From Azolla caroliniana (taxonomy: Eukaryota > Plantae > Polypodiophyta), in the NCBI GenBank assembly GCA_043228905.1, contig JBHGNT010000002.1:15810001-15874000 (forward strand): a stretch of 64,000 nucleotides of DNA, read 5' to 3'. Below, one piece after another: positions 62,401 through 64,000 of this stretch (position 1 is its first letter; each line of letters begins with the position of its first letter). A program made the translations under genes and the position numbers. The notes beneath the pieces were generated by a model. That model searched no databases. It saw only the letters and a list, made by a program, of their open reading frames with translations, and had not been told where the DNA came from.

Positions 62401-64000
62401 TCGGCGAAGGAGAGTTTGGGGATGTATCCGGCTCTAGATAGGTGCGTGATGCCGGCCTTGCTGAGGTGTCCTAATCTTCGGTGCCATAGTGATGACACAG
62501 GAATATCCACCAAAAACAGGTTACCCTCTCTGAGCGTAACATGTAACGGATACAGGGAGTGTATCTTGGGTCCTCTAGCAAGCAGGAGGTTCCCCCTGTG
62601 GAGTGTCCACCCTCCCGAAGAAAAACCGGCACGAATGCCGTCTTCATCTAGTTGTCCGACTGAGATCAATGGCCGTGAGAGCTCGGGTACATGTCGGACA
62701 TTGTGGAGTACAAGTGTAGAGCCACCTGCAAGGTTGAGCTCTACTGTGCCGATTCCGATGATGTCACAGTGTTGCGAGTTACCGACCCGAACTGAGTCGG
62801 AGTGACGGATCGTGTATTGCCGAAATTGGGATCGATGAGGAGTCACGTGAAACGACGCGCCCGAATCCAAGAGCCATGTGCTCGATTCTTCAGTCGTGAG
62901 CAGAACTTCTGAGCCAACTGGATTTTCGATTGATAGTATGTTCGGGTCGTCTGGTAGCACATCAGCTGAGAAGCTGACGTAATTGATCTCCTCATGCCGG
63001 CCACTCTTCTTGTTGTTCTTGTTCTTGAGTGCGCGGCAGTCGGCTTTGATGTGTCCGGGTTTCTTGCAGTAGTTGCAGATTCGGTTATCCCGTGACTGGC
63101 TCCGTCTTCGCTGATTGTTCGGCGGCCGTGAGGAATCTCTTCCTCGTATGTTCGATCGGTCTGTCGAACCTTGTACTACGTAAGCGTCGTCTGTTGAGTC
63201 TTTGGCGAAAGACTTTCTCCGAGCTGCTTCGGTCAGGATTGCGCTCGTGACTTCGGAGTATTTAACAGCCGTGGTTGACGCGTTGCACACGGTTGTGACG
63301 AAAGTTTCCCATGATGAGGGAAGGCTGCTCATGAGTATCATTGCTCTGAGTTCATCCTCGATTGCCGTCCCCTGTGACGAGATTTGGGAGCTTATGCTTT
63401 CGTACTCATTGAGGTGTGCTTGAACCGAGTCGGATTCTTTCATCCGCAAGTTGTAGAGGCGCCGGATCAGAAACATCTTTGTTGCGGCGACCTTCTTTTC
63501 GTAAGTGTCCGACAGTGTTTTCCACAGTTCAAATGCTGTCGTACACGATTGCACCGTAAAGTATACCGATTCCGATAGGTGCATCCGAATCGTGGCGCGG
63601 ACGATTCTGTCCAGCTTCTGCCACTCAATTGGTTTGTATCCTTCTGGAGGTTCTTCATTTTCGATGGGATCGATTTGCCCCTTGACTATGAGATAGTCTT
63701 GCATTTGTTCCTTCCAGAAGTTGAAGTTCGATCCATCGAACTTTCGTAGACTCATTTCTGACGAGCCGGATGTTGATGCCATCAACTTTGGTTTCGGTTG
63801 GCGAGGCTCGGTTCGAAGTTGACTACGAACCTTGAAGGAGTGCAGCCGGTTGGCTCACCCGATATCGTTCTAGTCGGATTTGAACCCGAGTCGGTTCGGC
63901 TTCGGAACTTGCTCGAATTGACTTCGGTAGCTTGAGGGACAGAGCCGACTGGTCTTCCCGAATGTTGCCGAGTCGGAGTGAGCCCGGTTCGCTTCGGATA
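59280..64000 (-). mobile_element. Ty1/copia element K (A/B family); 5' LTR lies beyond the window
   Basis: 3' LTR 59280-59575 (TGTCGAATAC...CCAACA), PPT GGGGGAG, intact gag-pol. Confidence 0.95.
59769..63782 (-). CDS. Intact copia gag-pol polyprotein (GAG-PR-INT-RT-RH, 1337 aa)
   Basis: Uninterrupted ORF with CCHC knuckle, DSGAS, HHCC, DDE integrase, YVDD and RNase H; ATG at 63782. Confidence 0.96.
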   Translation of the reverse strand: MASTSGSSEMSLRKFDGSNFNFWKEQMQDYLIVKGQIDPIENEEPPEGYKPIEWQKLDRIVRATIRMHLSESVYFTVQSCTTAFELWKTLSDTYEKKVAATKMFLIRRLYNLRMKESDSVQAHLNEYESISSQISSQGTAIEDELRAMILMSSLPSSWETFVTTVCNASTTAVKYSEVTSAILTEAARRKSFAKDSTDDAYVVQGSTDRSNIRGRDSSRPPNNQRRRSQSRDNRICNYCKKPGHIKADCRALKNKNNKKSGRHEEINYVSFSADVLPDDPNILSIENPVGSEVLLTTEESSTWLLDSGASFHVTPHRSQFRQYTIRHSDSVRVGNSQHCDIIGIGTVELNLAGGSTLVLHNVRHVPELSRPLISVGQLDEDGIRAGFSSGGWTLHRGNLLLARGPKIHSLYPLHVTLREGNLFLVDIPVSSLWHRRLGHLSKAGITHLSRAGYIPKLSFADHQFCEHCQYGKQAATSHPTSAPRESRPLDLVHSDVCGPMPHQSLGGASYFVTFIDDSTRKVWAYPIRTKDRVFSIFTDWLAMVENQTDRKLKCLRTDNGGEFKSEEFVKFCRQRGIRREFTAPHSPEQNGIAERMNRTIQERTVSMLQHSGLSDGFWAEALLTAVHIINMSPSRPLGLQIPQELWIGSKPNYDKLRIFGCEAYALIPKDDRRKLAPRSRKCIFLGYGSDGEMGYRLWDPERRQIVRSSDVVFNESAMNPSVDKPIEVRRVTFSDVPTLQEGPALNTRSASRVAEPYTTDSDNSDSAQPNDSFSDHPTPIPDATSPIIPRQSERLSQPPERYSPGIFFTDAGEPTSYEEASTSVDSATWHLAMESEMHSIRANKTWDLVELPRNRRALPCKWVYRLKETSDSTTPKYKARLVAKGFRQEYGVDFDEIFSPVVKMTTLRFLLGVVAADNLELIQLDVKTAFLHGDLDEEIYMEQPKGFVATGQEHLVCRLRKSLYGLKQAPRQWYKKFDDFIQSIGFSKSDEDHCLFTNTAQDGSPIFLIIYVDDMLISGHHAGELADLVRQLRLKFAMKDLGPARHILGMKISRHRNTRHLFLSQTDYIGRVLERFNMQSAKSASTPLPMNLRLSQRDCPTSGSEGEDMKSVPYAPAVGSLMYLMVATRPDISHAVGVVSRFMHNPGRSHWNAVKHVFRYLAGTKDHGILFGPNRTSGVVGYTDSDFAGCIDSRKSTTGYCFKFGNGAISWKSKLQECTTTSTTEAEYVAASDAAKEALWLGRLAHTFRQVEHDSAPVVYSDSQGAVALSKNPVHHNASKHIDVRYHFVRDCVISGKIGLEKISTTDNVADGMTKCLSADRFRSLRHQMGVTTNQSG

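Noticed and set aside
59922-63696. Many short ORFs antisense or out of frame to copia pol, here and in elements A, B and C
   Set aside because: Shadow ORFs; they recur only because the pol sequence is repeated.

Overview
Eukaryotic nuclear DNA from a land plant, most likely a non-seed plant such as a fern or bryophyte (inferred from the TE lineages). The only clear host gene is an intronless nuclear psbY polyprotein gene (3331-3927, minus strand). The rest is a nested transposon stack: several Ty1/copia elements (one with an intact 1337-aa gag-pol), Ty3/gypsy elements (a tRNA-Trp-primed non-chromovirus family and a Tcn1-like chromovirus) and solo LTRs. The most notable object is a ~9.95-kb DNA transposon (39685-49637) with GGG...CCC 25-bp TIRs, an AATA target-site duplication and a spliced Sola2-type transposase. 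It also carries a convergent multi-exon second gene (RING-H2 finger, plus a probably linked FCP1/NIF-like domain), and its introns are filled with arrays of the palindrome TAGCTAATTAGCTA, which also sits just inside both TIRs. All family assignments come from motif recognition by eye; no database search was run.
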